From assembly GCF_000006765.1 (NCBI RefSeq), contig NC_002516.2: 64,000 nucleotides of DNA, one strand, 5' to 3'. Position 1 is the first letter of the stretch; each line of letters begins with the position of its first letter. Below are positions 1 through 16,605 of the stretch, one piece after another. Below the pieces are notes generated by a model. It made no database searches. It worked only from the letters and a program-made list of their open reading frames with translations, and was not told the origin of the DNA. This DNA is from Pseudomonas aeruginosa PAO1 (GTDB lineage: Bacteria > Pseudomonadota > Gammaproteobacteria > Pseudomonadales > Pseudomonadaceae). The position numbers and the translations under genes are program-made.

Positions 1-947
1 ACCCCGCGCTCCAGCGGCACCGGCGGCCGGCGCGGCTCGCGGAACTCGAAGGTCTCGGTGGCGGACTTCAGGGCGTCCGGCTCGGCGGCCAGGCGGAATT
101 CTAGGTTGGCGGTCTTGCCGAGGATCCGCTTGGCTTCCGCGGTGTCCTGCACGCCCGGCAGCTCGACCACGATGCGATTGGCGCCCTGGCGCTGCACCAG
201 CGGCTCGGATACGCCCAGCTCGTTGACCCGGTTGCGGACGGTGGTGAGGTTCTGCTTGATGGAGTATTCGCGGATTTCCGCCAGTTTGGCCTGGGTCAGG
301 GCGACGCGCAGGACCTGCAGGCCGTTGCGCTCTTCGGGCACGACCTCGAAATCGCGGAAGTCCTTGGCGATCAGGCTGCGCGCCTTGTCCAGGGATTCGC
401 TGTCGGTGAAACCGAGCTGGATCGCGCGATCCTGGATCGGCAGGCTGCGGTAGCGCACGCGCTCCTTGCGCAGCAGGCTCTTCACTTCGCTTTCATAGAC
501 CTTCAGGCGGGCATCGACCGCCTTGTCCATGTCCACTTCCAGCAGGAAGTGCACACCGCCGGACAGATCCAGGCCGAGCTTCATCGGGCTGCCGCCCAGC
601 TTGCGCAGCCACTCGGGAGTGGTCTGGGCCAGGTTCAGCGCCACCACGTAGTCGTCGCCCAGGGTCCGGCGCACCACTTCCTTGGCGGGAAGCTGGTCGT
701 CCTGCTTGACCAGGCGGATCAGGCCGCCCTTCTTCGACAGGCTGTCGGCCTTCACCGCGATACCGGCGTCGGTCAGCGCCTTGGCAGCGCGGTCGACATC
801 GGCCTGGGTGACCTGCAGCGCCGTGCTGGCGCCGCTGATCTGCACCGCCGGGTCGTCCGGGTAGAGGTTGGGTGCGGAATAGATGAACCCGACGGCGAGG
901 ACCGCCAGGATCAGCAGATATTTCCACAGAGGATACTTGTTGAGCAT
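1..947 (-). CDS. secD: Protein translocase subunit SecD (5' part; runs off the window start)
   Basis: ATG at 947 reads MLNKYPLWKYLLILAVLAVGFIYSAPNLY..., followed by the PMKLGLDLSGGVHFLLEVD and RNRVNELGVSEP motifs; lies downstream of yajC. Confidence 0.95.
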   Translation of the reverse strand, partial: MLNKYPLWKYLLILAVLAVGFIYSAPNLYPDDPAVQISGASTALQVTQADVDRAAKALTDAGIAVKADSLSKKGGLIRLVKQDDQLPAKEVVRRTLGDDYVVALNLAQTTPEWLRKLGGSPMKLGLDLSGGVHFLLEVDMDKAVDARLKVYESEVKSLLRKERVRYRSLPIQDRAIQLGFTDSESLDKARSLIAKDFRDFEVVPEERNGLQVLRVALTQAKLAEIREYSIKQNLTTVRNRVNELGVSEPLVQRQGANRIVVELPGVQDTAEAKRILGKTANLEFRLAAEPDALKSATETFEFREPRRPPVPLERG

Positions 948-1006
948 GACACCGCCCGTTATGACGCGGGGCGCCTTGCGCGCCCCGTCATGTGTTTAGG
1001 TGAAAA

Positions 1007-1345
1007 TCAGATCGCTTTCAGGGTGCCTTTCGGCAGGGTCGCGGCAATCGCGGCCTTCTGGAACTTCAGCTCGACGTTGTCGGAAACCTCGACGACGACG
1101 AAATCGTCGGCGACCTTGGTCACCTTGCCGGCGATACCGCCGGAAGTGACGACTTCGTCACCTTTTTGCAGGTTGCCCAGCAGGTTCTTGTGTTCCTTGG
1201 CGCGCTTGGCCTGGGGACGCCAGATCATCAGGTAGAAGATGACCAGGAAACCAACCAGGAAGACCCACTCGAAACCGGTGCCGGCCGGGCCAGCGGCTGC
1301 CGGAGCGGCTGCGTCGGCGTAGGCAGCGGGAATTAGAAAGCTCAT
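1007..1345 (-). CDS. yajC: Preprotein translocase subunit YajC
   Basis: 112 aa; FYLMIWRPQAKRAKEH and LQKGDEVVTSGGI motifs; tgt-yajC-secD synteny. Confidence 0.96.
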   Translation of the reverse strand: MSFLIPAAYADAAAPAAAGPAGTGFEWVFLVGFLVIFYLMIWRPQAKRAKEHKNLLGNLQKGDEVVTSGGIAGKVTKVADDFVVVEVSDNVELKFQKAAIAATLPKGTLKAI

Positions 1346-1388
1346 GTAGCACTCCTGTCACAAAGCAATAGAGTTGGATAAAGGAAAG

Positions 1389-2519
<1,131 letters not shown>

Positions 2520-3563
2520 TCAGTCCTCGGGTCCGCGGGGCGCGGGATTGCGGGTGATGAACATGGCATCACCGTAACTGAAGAAGCGATAGCCCTGCGC
2601 CACCGCCGCGGCGTAGGCGGCCATGGTCTCCGGGTAGCCGGCGAAGGCCGAGACCAGCATCAGCAGGGTGGATTCGGGCAGGTGGAAGTTGGTGACCAGG
2701 GCATCGACCACATGGAACGGCCGGCCCGGGTAGATGAAGATGTCGGTGTCGCCGCTGAAGGGCTTCAGCTCACCGTCGCGTGCCGCGCTTTCCAGCGAGC
2801 GCACGCTGGTGGTGCCGACGGCGACTACCCGGCCGCCGCGGGCCCGGCAGACGGAAACCGCGTCCACCACGTCCTGGCCGACCTCCAGCCATTCGCGGTG
2901 CATCACATGGTCCTCGATACGCTCGACACGCACCGGCTGGAAGGTACCGGCGCCGACATGCAGGGTAACGAAGGCGGTATCCACCCCCTTCGCGCGGATC
3001 GCCTCGAGCAGCGCCTCATCGAAGTGCAGGCCGGCGGTCGGGGCCGCCACCGCACCGGCGCGCTGGGCGTAGACGGTCTGGTAGCGCTCGCGGTCGGCCG
3101 CATCGTCCGGTCGGTCGATATAGGGAGGCAACGGCATGTGCCCGACCCGCTCCAGCAAAGGCAGCACGGGTTCGGCGAACGCGAGTTCGAACAGGGCGTC
3201 GTGGCGTTGCAGCATCTCCGCGCTGCCACCGCCTTCGACGAGGATCCGCGTGCCGGGCTTGGGCGCCTTGCTGGCGCGTATGTGGGCAAGCACCCGGTGC
3301 TGGTCGAGCACGCGCTCGACCAGGACTTCCAGCTTGCCGCCGGATTCCTTCTGGCCGAACAGGCGCGCCGGGATTACCCGGGTATTGTTGAACACCATCA
3401 GGTCGCCCGGACGCAGGTAGTCCAGGAGATCGGCGAATTGTCTGTGGGCGAGGGTTCCCGTCGGGCCATCCAGCGCCAACAGGCGGCTTGCGCGGCGTTC
3501 AGGCAGGGGATGACGGGCGATCAGGGCCTCGGGCAAGTCGAAATGAAAATCGGCGACACGCAT
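2520..3563 (-). CDS. queA: S-adenosylmethionine:tRNA ribosyltransferase-isomerase
   Basis: [35 protein letters not shown] and [10 protein letters not shown] motifs. Confidence 0.97.
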   Translation of the reverse strand: MRVADFHFDLPEALIARHPLPERRASRLLALDGPTGTLAHRQFADLLDYLRPGDLMVFNNTRVIPARLFGQKESGGKLEVLVERVLDQHRVLAHIRASKAPKPGTRILVEGGGSAEMLQRHDALFELAFAEPVLPLLERVGHMPLPPYIDRPDDAADRERYQTVYAQRAGAVAAPTAGLHFDEALLEAIRAKGVDTAFVTLHVGAGTFQPVRVERIEDHVMHREWLEVGQDVVDAVSVCRARGGRVVAVGTTSVRSLESAARDGELKPFSGDTDIFIYPGRPFHVVDALVTNFHLPESTLLMLVSAFAGYPETMAAYAAAVAQGYRFFSYGDAMFITRNPAPRGPED

Positions 3564-3665
3564 GGGGAGACTCTCGAAAGGCCGCGTAGCTTACCGGAAA
3601 TGTGTTTCCCCCGCCACGAACCCGATTGACCAACGGTAGGCGCCTCCCTATACTGCGCCGCCATT

Positions 3666-3752
3666 GCCTCGGTGGCGGAATCGGTAGACGCGGCGGATTC
3701 AAAATCCGTTTCTGGCGACAGAGTGAGAGTTCGAGTCTCTCCCGAGGCACCA
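3666..3752 (+). tRNA. tRNA-Leu (anticodon CAA)
   Basis: Acceptor stem GCCTCGG/CCGAGGC plus ACCA; D-arm TGGCGGAATCGGTAGACGC; anticodon arm GCGGA-TTCAAAA-TCCGT; long variable arm; T-loop GTTCGAGT. Confidence 0.97.
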
Positions 3753-3796
3753 TCCTGACTTCCCAAGCGTTTCCAGGGGAGCCCAGGACAGCAGGG

Positions 3797-3821
3797 AAAC
3801 CGGCCTTCGCGCCGGTTTTTT
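3797..3821 (+). terminator. Intrinsic terminator after tRNA-Leu
   Basis: AAACCGGC-CTTCGC-GCCGGTTT followed by T run. Confidence 0.75.
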
Positions 3822-4077
3822 GTTGTCCGCGATCTGGCTGATCCGGCCTGCAAATAAAAAAAGGCAGCGCTGGAGTCGAGACGCTGCCTTTTACCCGAGC
3901 TGCTGTCTTCCCAGCTCGGCGAAAAAAAATCTACCACAGCCGACGCCAAAAAGAAGCCCCGCGGATGCGGGCTTCTTGTCGCGCCAGGGGCGGTTTGCAC
4001 CTGTTCGGTCTGCGAGTCTTTTGCTCATCCGTGACGAATAAGCTGGCAGCTCGCCCCTGGCGCGGGACTTTTAGCCG

Positions 4078-5658
4078 CTAGCCTCGGTCCGCCGGAAGTG
4101 CGACGACGGAAGCCCCCTGCCCTTCCTGCACAGTCAGGCTGGAAAGCAGACTCTCCAGCGGCATCGGCCGGCCGATCAGGTAGCCCTGCAGGTAATCCAC
4201 CCCGCGGGCGGCCAGGTAGTCACGCTGCTCGGGGGTCTCCACGCCTTCGGCGACGATATCCAGGTCGAGCTTGGCGGACAGCTCGACGATGCTGTCGAGA
4301 ATATGCCCGGAAAGAGTATCGATGCCGATGCGGGCGACGAAGCTCTGGTCGATCTTCAGGCAGTCCACCTGGAACTTGCGCAGGTAGGCCAGGCTGGAAT
4401 GTCCAGTGCCGAAATCGTCGATAGCGATCTTCACTCCCAGGGCATGCAATTCGTCGAACAGACGGTCGGTGACTTCGCTCGACTCGATCAGCTCGCGCTC
4501 GGTCAGTTCCAGGACCAGGGTGATGTGCCCGGGCGGAAACGCCGCCAACAGCTCGCGACAGTCGTCCACCAAGGCCAGTTCGTGGCAATGGGTGGCACTG
4601 ATGTTGAAACCGATGTGGAAGCCTGGCTCCAGCTTCCCGGCATGCCCGCCCAGGTCTTCCGCGACCTGGCGCATCAGCGCGCGCGTCATCGGTACGATCA
4701 GTCCCGAGCGCTCGGCGAAAGGTATGAACAGGTCGGGCCGGATCAGTCCCTCGCGCGGATGACGCCAGCGCATGAGCACCTCGACGCCTATCCAGCGTCC
4801 GCCCTGGCCGGGACTCAGCGGCTGGTAGTAGGGAATGAACTCGTTGGCCTCCAGGGCCCGGCGCAGTTCGCTGCTGGGCGAGGCGACCCGCCTGGATAGC
4901 CAGTAGCACAGAGTGCCGGCCAGCAGTCCGAAGAACAGTAGCAGGCCGAACATCGCCGGGTTCTGCGAGCGAATCGATCGCCACTCCTCACCCTCGGGGA
5001 AGCCCGACAGCACACGCAACGGATAACGCTGCGAAGCGAGCGATACGGCGGCGACCTCATAGGTAGGCGGCGCGTCGCGGTGGGTGCGGCCCTCGGCATC
5101 CAGCCAATTGGGACCGACCACCAGCACCTGGCGGCTACGTCGGTCGACGAGGTCTAGCACGTAGCTCAAGTAGCGCCCGTCGATCGCCGCCAATACCCCG
5201 CGCTTGCCGTCGAAGTCCCGCAGGACCAGCAGCGCGGCGTCCGGCGTGACTTGGTTGCCGGGCATCAGCAAGAGGCGTCCGTCGACATAGTTCTCGATCC
5301 GCACCGGCTCGTCGAAGCCGCCGAACAACGACGTGCAATAGATCGTATTGTCGCGCGTCAAATTGACCGAGCGTACGAACGGCATGATCGCCACTTGCTC
5401 GCGCAGCGCCAGTTCGGCCTCGGGACAGGGGCGCCCCGCCACCGGCATGACCTTGCGCGCCGCCAACGCAGCGTTGTCGAGCATCCGTTCGAACTGCCGC
5501 ACCGCATTCCCGGCTGCCTGCTCGGACGTCTCCTGGAGGCTTCGCTCGGCCTGCCAGTAGAGGATGAGCAGCCCCAGGACGATCGGCATCACCCCGACCA
5601 GCACGGACAACGACAGCCGGAGCGCCTTTCTCCTAGCTCGCTTCACCGGAATCGGCAT
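4078..5658 (-). CDS. CSS-motif EAL-domain cyclic-di-GMP phosphodiesterase
   Basis: N-terminal TM helix, periplasmic IYCTSLFG (CSS-like), second TM, EAL domain with EVLMRW, DDFGTGHS and EGVET. Confidence 0.9.
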   Translation of the reverse strand: MPIPVKRARRKALRLSLSVLVGVMPIVLGLLILYWQAERSLQETSEQAAGNAVRQFERMLDNAALAARKVMPVAGRPCPEAELALREQVAIMPFVRSVNLTRDNTIYCTSLFGGFDEPVRIENYVDGRLLLMPGNQVTPDAALLVLRDFDGKRGVLAAIDGRYLSYVLDLVDRRSRQVLVVGPNWLDAEGRTHRDAPPTYEVAAVSLASQRYPLRVLSGFPEGEEWRSIRSQNPAMFGLLLFFGLLAGTLCYWLSRRVASPSSELRRALEANEFIPYYQPLSPGQGGRWIGVEVLMRWRHPREGLIRPDLFIPFAERSGLIVPMTRALMRQVAEDLGGHAGKLEPGFHIGFNISATHCHELALVDDCRELLAAFPPGHITLVLELTERELIESSEVTDRLFDELHALGVKIAIDDFGTGHSSLAYLRKFQVDCLKIDQSFVARIGIDTLSGHILDSIVELSAKLDLDIVAEGVETPEQRDYLAARGVDYLQGYLIGRPMPLESLLSSLTVQEGQGASVVALPADRG

Positions 5659-5787
5659 AGAAAAGACTCGTAATGATTGGGGTCTGCGCAAAGACTAGAA
5701 CAGCCGGGGAAAAGCGTTGCCCGGGTGGGCGGCGCAAGCTGCGGATGGACGTATAATCCCCGGCTTTGCCCCGCACGGAACACGCCG

Positions 5788-6285
5788 ATGCCGAAACACA
5801 TGCTTTCTCCCCAGGGCGACTATGCCCCTGCCGGTCTGATCCGCCGCCTGGCGGCGATGTTCTATGACTTCCTGCTCTGCGTGGCGCTGATGATGGTGGT
5901 CACCCTGGTCTACCAGCAAGGCATCCTTCGACTGATCTACGGCAGCGACCATCTGCGCGAACTGGCCGACCGCGGCGCGCTGATCGGCGACCCGCTGCTC
6001 TCGACCTTGCTGGTGTTCGCCCTGTTCGGCTTCTTCGCCAAATTCTGGACCCACAACGGCCAGACCCTGGGCATGCAGGTCTGGGGACTGCGCGTGCAGA
6101 ACCGCGACGGCAGCGCCATCAGCCTGCTCCAGGCGCTGCTGCGCTTCATGATCGCCATCGCCTCCTGGCTGTGCCTCGGCCTCGGCTTCCTCTGGATGCT
6201 CTGGGACAAGGACAAGCGTACGTGGCACGACCGCTATTCGGAGAGCCAGGTGGTCAGGCTGCCGAAGAACACTCACAAGAAGTGA
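5788..6285 (+). CDS. RDD family membrane protein
   Basis: RRLAAMFYD and GQTLGMQVWGLRV...WHDR motifs. Confidence 0.85.
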   Translation: MPKHMLSPQGDYAPAGLIRRLAAMFYDFLLCVALMMVVTLVYQQGILRLIYGSDHLRELADRGALIGDPLLSTLLVFALFGFFAKFWTHNGQTLGMQVWGLRVQNRDGSAISLLQALLRFMIAIASWLCLGLGFLWMLWDKDKRTWHDRYSESQVVRLPKNTHKK

Positions 6286-6367
6286 GCGAAACAGGTCCGC
6301 AGAACGCGCTGTTTTGGCCTTTGTCGCGCCGGCGGCCAGGCTCCAGCCCGACGCGACAAGGAAGCAC

Positions 6368-6394
6368 AAAGGCCACCCGTGGGTGGCCTTTTTT
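6368..6394. terminator. Bidirectional intrinsic terminator between RDD gene and lptG
   Basis: AAAGGCCACCC-GT-GGGTGGCCTTTTTT between convergent genes. Confidence 0.75.
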
Positions 6395-6416
6395 CATACC
6401 CGGCCTGCCGGGCCTG

Positions 6417-7484
6417 TCAGCCCGCCCGGCGTAGCAGCCAGACACCCGCCAGTGCGCAGATCGAGGCGGGGATCACCACCGCCAGCAGCGGCGGGAAGTC
6501 GAACACCAGGCTGGAGGGTCCGAGCAGGTCCTGGGCGATGCGGAAGACGAAGCCCACCAGCACGCCGGTGAAGATCCGCTGGCCCAGGGTCACCGAGCGC
6601 AACGGACCGAAGATGAAGGAAATCGCCATCAGCACCAGCGCGGCGGTCACCAGCGGTTGCAGGACCTTGGTCCAGAACGCCAGCCAGTAGCGGTTGTTGT
6701 TCAGGCCCTGGTCGGCGAGATAGTGGATGTACTGCCAGAGACCGCTGATAGACAGCGCCTCGGGCTCCATCACCACAGTGTTCAGCAGTTGCGGGCTGAG
6801 CTGGGCATCCCAGCGTTCGGTCGGTAGCTTGACCACCTCGGAACGCTTTTCCCTCGGATGCAGCAAGGTGGTGGTGACCTCTTCCAGTTGCCAGTGATCG
6901 GTCTCGAAGCGCGCGCGCTTGGCGAAACTGGCCGATTCCAGGCCACGCTGCTCGTCGAAGCGGTAGCGGGTCACGCCGTACAGCACGCCATTGGGCTGCA
7001 CCGCGTTGATGTGGATGTACTCGCGCCCCTGGCGATGCCACAGACCGCGCTTGGAGCTTTGCGAATCGCCGCCGCCCTGGGCCAGGGCGCGGCCGCTCTG
7101 GGCGATGTTCTCGGTCCAGGGCGCGACGTACTCGCCAACCAGGATGCCGGCCAGCATCAGCACCAGCATCGGTTTCATCACCGCCCAGACGATCCGCGAC
7201 AGGGATACCCCGGCCGCGCGCATGATGGTCAGTTCGCTGTTGCTGGCCAGGGTGCCGAGGCCGACCAGGCAGCCGATCAGCGCCGCCATCGGCAGCATGT
7301 CGTAGGCGCGCCGTGGCGCGGTGAGGAAGATGAAGCGCAGGGCGTCGCCGATGCCGTAGCTGGCGCTGATGTCGTTGAGTTCGTCGATGAAGGCGAACAG
7401 CAGCGCCAGGCCAAGGATCACCCCGAGCACCGCGAGGATCGCGACGAAGACGGTGACACCGATGTAACGATCGAGCTTAACCAT
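6417..7484 (-). CDS. lptG: LPS export ABC permease LptG
   Basis: MVKLDRYIG start; SELTIMRAAGVS motif; YjgP/Q topology; overlaps lptF stop. Confidence 0.93.
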   Translation of the reverse strand: MVKLDRYIGVTVFVAILAVLGVILGLALLFAFIDELNDISASYGIGDALRFIFLTAPRRAYDMLPMAALIGCLVGLGTLASNSELTIMRAAGVSLSRIVWAVMKPMLVLMLAGILVGEYVAPWTENIAQSGRALAQGGGDSQSSKRGLWHRQGREYIHINAVQPNGVLYGVTRYRFDEQRGLESASFAKRARFETDHWQLEEVTTTLLHPREKRSEVVKLPTERWDAQLSPQLLNTVVMEPEALSISGLWQYIHYLADQGLNNNRYWLAFWTKVLQPLVTAALVLMAISFIFGPLRSVTLGQRIFTGVLVGFVFRIAQDLLGPSSLVFDFPPLLAVVIPASICALAGVWLLRRAG

Positions 7485-8595
7485 GCGCCACCTCGCGACC
7501 GGCACGGGAGGACGCCAGCTTCAGGCGCAAGGGTTCCCAATAGAACAGAAGAAGACCGATCGCCAGGAATAGTCCGTGGACCCACCACAGGCCGATGGCC
7601 ATGGGGATCTTGCCTTTGTCCAGTTGGCCACGGACAGCGATCAGCAGGGCCAGGTAGCCCATATAAAGGAGGATCGCCGGCAGCAGCTTGAGGAAGCGCC
7701 CCTGGCGTGGGTTGACCCGCGACAGCGGCACCGCCAGCAGGGTCACCACGAACACCAGCAGCGGTGTCGACAGGCGCCACTGCAATTCGGCCTGGTAGCG
7801 TGGGTTGTCGCTGCCGAACAGGTCGGCGGTGGGCACCGCGTCACGCTCGCTCACCTCGCTGCTGGCCTCGGGCTTGGGCAGCATCACGCCATAGGTGTCG
7901 TACTGGATCGCCCGGTAGTTGGCCTGCCCGGGATTGCCGTCGTAGCGGTAGCCGTTGTGCAGGATCAGGTAACGGCTGCCATCCGCCTGGATGTTCTGGG
8001 TGCCCTTCTCCGCCACCAGGATGGAGATGCCGCGTTCCTGGTTGCTGCTGTTGAGGTCCTTCTGCGAAATGAAGATGCCGGCCAGTTCGCCGCGATCCTT
8101 CGACAGTTCCTCGGTATAGGTCACCCGGGTACCGTCGCGCATTGCCTGGAAACGGCCCGGGACCAGGGTGTCGAACTCGGTCAGGGTATCCTGCTTGTTC
8201 AACAGCAGGGCGAACTGGTTGATGCCCTGGGGCGCCAGGAACAGGCTCAGCCAGGCCACCAGGATCGCCACCAGCAGCGCCGGGGCCATGGTATAGCCGA
8301 GCAGGCGCTTCTGGCTCATGCCGGTCGCCGAGAGCACGGTCATCTCGCTTTCCAGATAGAGTCGCCCGTAGGCCAGCAGGATGCCGAGGAACAGGCCAAG
8401 CGGCAGGATCAGCTGCAGGAAGCCGGGAATCCGGAACGCCATGATCAGGAACAGCGAACCGGGGTCGAGCAACCCCTGCGCCGCTTGCGCCAGGTACTTG
8501 ATGAAACGGCCACTCATGATGATCACCAGCAGCACGGCGCTGACGGCGCTCATGGTGACCAGCACTTCACGGGACAAATAACGGAAAACGATCAA
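7477..8595 (-). CDS. lptF: LPS export ABC permease LptF
   Basis: (M)IVFRYLSRE with TTG start 8 nt after AGGAG; GRLYLESEM and VNPRQGRF motifs. Confidence 0.93.
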   Translation of the reverse strand: MIVFRYLSREVLVTMSAVSAVLLVIIMSGRFIKYLAQAAQGLLDPGSLFLIMAFRIPGFLQLILPLGLFLGILLAYGRLYLESEMTVLSATGMSQKRLLGYTMAPALLVAILVAWLSLFLAPQGINQFALLLNKQDTLTEFDTLVPGRFQAMRDGTRVTYTEELSKDRGELAGIFISQKDLNSSNQERGISILVAEKGTQNIQADGSRYLILHNGYRYDGNPGQANYRAIQYDTYGVMLPKPEASSEVSERDAVPTADLFGSDNPRYQAELQWRLSTPLLVFVVTLLAVPLSRVNPRQGRFLKLLPAILLYMGYLALLIAVRGQLDKGKIPMAIGLWWVHGLFLAIGLLLFYWEPLRLKLASSRAGREVAHG

Positions 8596-8786
8596 TCCGG
8601 ACACTCCTGGGTTGCCAGGCTCTGACGGGGCCCGTCGGCCCCGTCATCACGCGTTTCCGGCCATGGCGGCATGGCGCGGAGAAAATAGCCGGCATTATCC
8701 TGCGATTCGGCGGGCCTGTCACTGCGCAGGCCGAACCAAGAGCCCGATAGACCGTCGAGGCGAACGCTCGTTCAGCGCTTGCCGAT

Positions 8787-9710
8787 TTATTCGACGACTG
8801 TCGCTGGCTGCTCGCCGCCCTCTCCGAGATGACGGACGAACCAGTCTGCCGCAGCCTGGCTGGTGGCGTCGAAATGCTCGATGTACGGCGTGAAATGGCC
8901 GCCGGCGAGCATCAGCAGCCGCTTGGGCGGCAACGCCCGCTGGTAGGCCTCCAGGCAAAGGTCCGTGGGCGTAAGCAGGTCCCGGTCGGCGACGATCATC
9001 AGCAGCGGCGTGGGGCTGATCCGCCCAATGTGAATGCCCGGCTCGTTCTCTCGCGCCAGCTCGGCGCTACGCAGGGTCACCCGGTTGCACCAGTTCGGTG
9101 CCAGCGCCGCGCTGTCGGTGAAGAACCGGTGGGCGTCCGCGCCGGCCATCGCGCAAGGCTCGTCGGGACTCGCGGCGACCGCCGGCAACAGCGCCGGCGG
9201 CAAGCCCTCGAAGCGCCGCTGGCGGTCCGCGTCGAAGCTTGCCAGCAATGCCGGCAACTGCTCGGCGCGGGTCCGGCGCAACGCCGAGGCATGGCCGCTG
9301 ACGGTCGGCACCTGCGCCACCACGCATTTCACCCGCCGATCCAGTGCGGCCACTTCCAGCACATGTCCGCCGCTGTAGCTGGTTCCCCAGATGCCGATGC
9401 GGCTGGCGTCGACCCGGGCCTGGGCGCCCAACCAGGTGATCGCGTCGCGATAGCCGCGACGCTGCATCACCGGATCGATTTCCTGGCGCGGCTCGCCGTC
9501 GCTGTCGCCGAAGTTCGGATGATCGTAGAGGAGCACGACGAAGCCGGCGGCGGCGAATACCTCGGCGTAACGGTCCAGGTACTGCTCCTTCACCCCGGAA
9601 AAACCGTGCGTCATGACGATCGCCGGCCGCTCGGCACGCGCCTCCGGCAAATACAGCCAGCCGCGCAGGGCGACACCCTCGGAGCGGAATTCCACGTTCA
9701 GTCGTTGCAT
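8787..9710 (-). CDS. Alpha/beta hydrolase
   Basis: ATG at 9710 (MQRLNVEFRSEG); HGFSGVKE and nucleophile elbow GTSYSGG; C-terminal GGHF. Confidence 0.85.
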   Translation of the reverse strand: MQRLNVEFRSEGVALRGWLYLPEARAERPAIVMTHGFSGVKEQYLDRYAEVFAAAGFVVLLYDHPNFGDSDGEPRQEIDPVMQRRGYRDAITWLGAQARVDASRIGIWGTSYSGGHVLEVAALDRRVKCVVAQVPTVSGHASALRRTRAEQLPALLASFDADRQRRFEGLPPALLPAVAASPDEPCAMAGADAHRFFTDSAALAPNWCNRVTLRSAELARENEPGIHIGRISPTPLLMIVADRDLLTPTDLCLEAYQRALPPKRLLMLAGGHFTPYIEHFDATSQAAADWFVRHLGEGGEQPATVVE

Positions 9711-9793
9711 GCTTGCCTCCCGGGGCGGTCGTCTGGAAACGGGCCCAGCATAGGAATCCTGCCGCGTCGGCGCCGTCCGCCAACGGACGAAGG

Positions 9794-10606
9794 CTACGCC
9801 GAATCGGACAAGGCGAAGTAGCGGCTCGGCGTGCTCCCGGTCAGGCGTCGGAACATGGCACTGAATGCGCTGGGCGTCTGGTAGCCGAGATCCACGGCGA
9901 TCCGCGCCACCGCTTCGCCAGCCGCCAGGCGTGGCAGGGCGGCGGCCAGGCGCACCTGGTGGCGCCAATGGACGAAGGTCACTCCCAGTTCGGAGAGAAA
10001 CAGCCGTGCCAGGGTCCGCGAGGACGCCCCCACGTAGCGCGCCCACTCCTCCAGCCCGCGAGGGTCGGCCGGGTTCTCCAGCAGCGCCTGGCAGACTCTT
10101 CCCAGGCGTCGGTCCGCGGGGTCGGGCAAGGCCAGGGGCTGTTCCCGCGACCACTCCAGTTCGTCCAGCAGCACCGCCATCAACCGCCCCTCCCGGCCGC
10201 GCTCGTCGTACAACAACGGCAGGCCGGCGGCGCGCACGATCAACTCGCGCAACAATGGGCTGACCATCACTCCGCGCGGCACCCGGGGGAATTCCGGCGG
10301 GCAGGACTGCGGCCGGACATAGACGGTGTGCAAGCGGACCTCGCCGCGCGCCAGCATCGCGTGCGCCATCCCCGCCGGCATCCATACCGCGCGCTGCGGC
10401 GGGACCAGCCATAGCGTGCGACCGACATGCAGTTCGATCACGCCCGACAGGGCATGGATCAACTGCGCCCGCTCGTGCCGGTGCTCGGCGACCACGAAAC
10501 CCGCCGGGAAGGTCTTGGCCATGACCCCGAGCGGCCGGCCGACTCGCTGGTAATCGCGTGGGTCGGTACTCCGGGCGGGATCCGCGACTGGTTTGCTGGC
10601 GGGCAC
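9794..10606 (-). CDS. AraC-family transcriptional regulator (cupin + HTH)
   Basis: GTG start after AGGAG; HRHERAQL cupin motif; C-terminal LGYQTPSAFSAMFRR. Confidence 0.88.
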   Translation of the reverse strand: MPASKPVADPARSTDPRDYQRVGRPLGVMAKTFPAGFVVAEHRHERAQLIHALSGVIELHVGRTLWLVPPQRAVWMPAGMAHAMLARGEVRLHTVYVRPQSCPPEFPRVPRGVMVSPLLRELIVRAAGLPLLYDERGREGRLMAVLLDELEWSREQPLALPDPADRRLGRVCQALLENPADPRGLEEWARYVGASSRTLARLFLSELGVTFVHWRHQVRLAAALPRLAAGEAVARIAVDLGYQTPSAFSAMFRRLTGSTPSRYFALSDSA

Positions 10607-10891
10607 GGTGCGACTCCTGCGGAACGAAACGTTCATTATAGGGACGCGGCATGGCCGCGGGTTCCCATGCGTACACAGTCGTGCCAGACACGCCGCAGTT
10701 GTGCGACCATGTGCGGCAACGGCCGGGAAGCACCGCCAACCCGGCTCCGGCGCTGTAGAACCTCGGTTGCCATCCTCGGCATGGAACGACCCCCGCCGCA
10801 ACGACTAAGCTGTCGCTGCCTGCGTCACCGCCCCGGCGGCGACCGTCAGTCCTCGGGACGAATCGTGCTCGGAACAATCGCTTACCGCTAA

Positions 10892-12855
<1,964 letters not shown>

Positions 12856-12866
12856 AGTGCACGACC

Positions 12867-13235
12867 ATGGACAGCCACAAACCGACACAACCCCCGGAGC
12901 AGTTGCTCGATGACCTGGAGTCGATCCACGACCTGCTCTACGAACGGAACGAGCCGCCCTTGCTGACCGAATCCTTCGAGCCGGACAACATTCCCCTGCT
13001 CTCCGACGTCGTCTCCCCCGGTACCGCCCCGCGCGCGCCAGAGCCGCAGACCGCGGCAGCCACCACGGCAGGGCTGGCGCCCGCCGAACAGGAGCGCCTG
13101 GACGACGAGTTGCGAGCGTCCGCCGAACTGATCCTGCAGGAAGTCATCGACGACTTCGCCCCGCAGATCGAAGCCGAACTGCGCCGCCGCCTGCAAGCCC
13201 GCCTGGGTCGCCTGCTCGGCCAACGCAACGGCTGA
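12867..13235 (+). CDS. Hypothetical acidic protein between holC and valS
   Basis: 122-aa ORF with host codon usage; IPLLSDVV and LILQEVIDDFAPQIE motifs. Confidence 0.7.
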   Translation: MDSHKPTQPPEQLLDDLESIHDLLYERNEPPLLTESFEPDNIPLLSDVVSPGTAPRAPEPQTAAATTAGLAPAEQERLDDELRASAELILQEVIDDFAPQIEAELRRRLQARLGRLLGQRNG

Positions 13236-13355
13236 TCCGGACGCGGCGGGCGCCCGCCGCGGCCCGCGGCCTTACCCCCGGGCCGCCATCCCCGCTATAC
13301 TCCCGGACTTTCTTCGCATTTTCCCCAGCCATATTCAGCTTTGGTCCCCTTTCGC

Positions 13356-16208
<2,853 letters not shown>

Positions 16209-16219
16209 GCACTCTCGCC

Positions 16220-16247
16220 AAGGTACGGGGCTGCGGCCTCGTACCTT
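16220..16247. terminator. Hairpin between convergent valS and small secreted protein gene
   Basis: AAGGTACGGGGC-TGCG-GCCTCGTACCTT, 12-bp stem with one G-U pair. Confidence 0.6.
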
Positions 16248-16254
16248 TCTCCCC

Positions 16255-16605
16255 TCAGGCGCCGCTGTCTATCTGCGCCGAAGTGATCTGGCATACCGCG
16301 TTCACCGTGGCGCTGGCCGAATAGGCGATCTCCGGCAGTTTGTTCTGTGTGGCCTGGGCGCTCAGCATCAGCGACAGCATGGCCTTGCCGGCATCGGTAT
16401 TCATCGGCGGCAGGCGCATCAGGCCAAAGCCGCAATCCGCCGCTCCCGGCTTGCTGACGATGAAGCCCCAGCCTCCACCCGGAGAATTCGCGTCCACCAT
16501 AAAGCCCACACGCATGATGGTGACGTTGTTGACTTTTTTATCGATGGCGTGGGCTGACATTGATGTGAATAGCAGCCATAGCAATACAACCACTCTCTTG
16601 CCCAT
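16255..16605 (-). CDS. Small secreted protein (signal peptide, two Cys), function unknown
   Basis: AGGAGG RBS before ATG 16605; MGKRVVVLLWLLFTSMSAHA signal peptide; 116 aa. Confidence 0.8.
   Translation of the reverse strand: MGKRVVVLLWLLFTSMSAHAIDKKVNNVTIMRVGFMVDANSPGGGWGFIVSKPGAADCGFGLMRLPPMNTDAGKAMLSLMLSAQATQNKLPEIAYSASATVNAVCQITSAQIDSGA

Noticed and set aside
3666-4077. tRNA-Leu(CAA) as an integration site; extra hairpins at about 3858-3892 and 3951-3977
   Set aside because: No integrase, no duplicated tRNA 3' end and no foreign cargo are visible; the hairpins fit terminators of the convergent tRNA and EAL gene.
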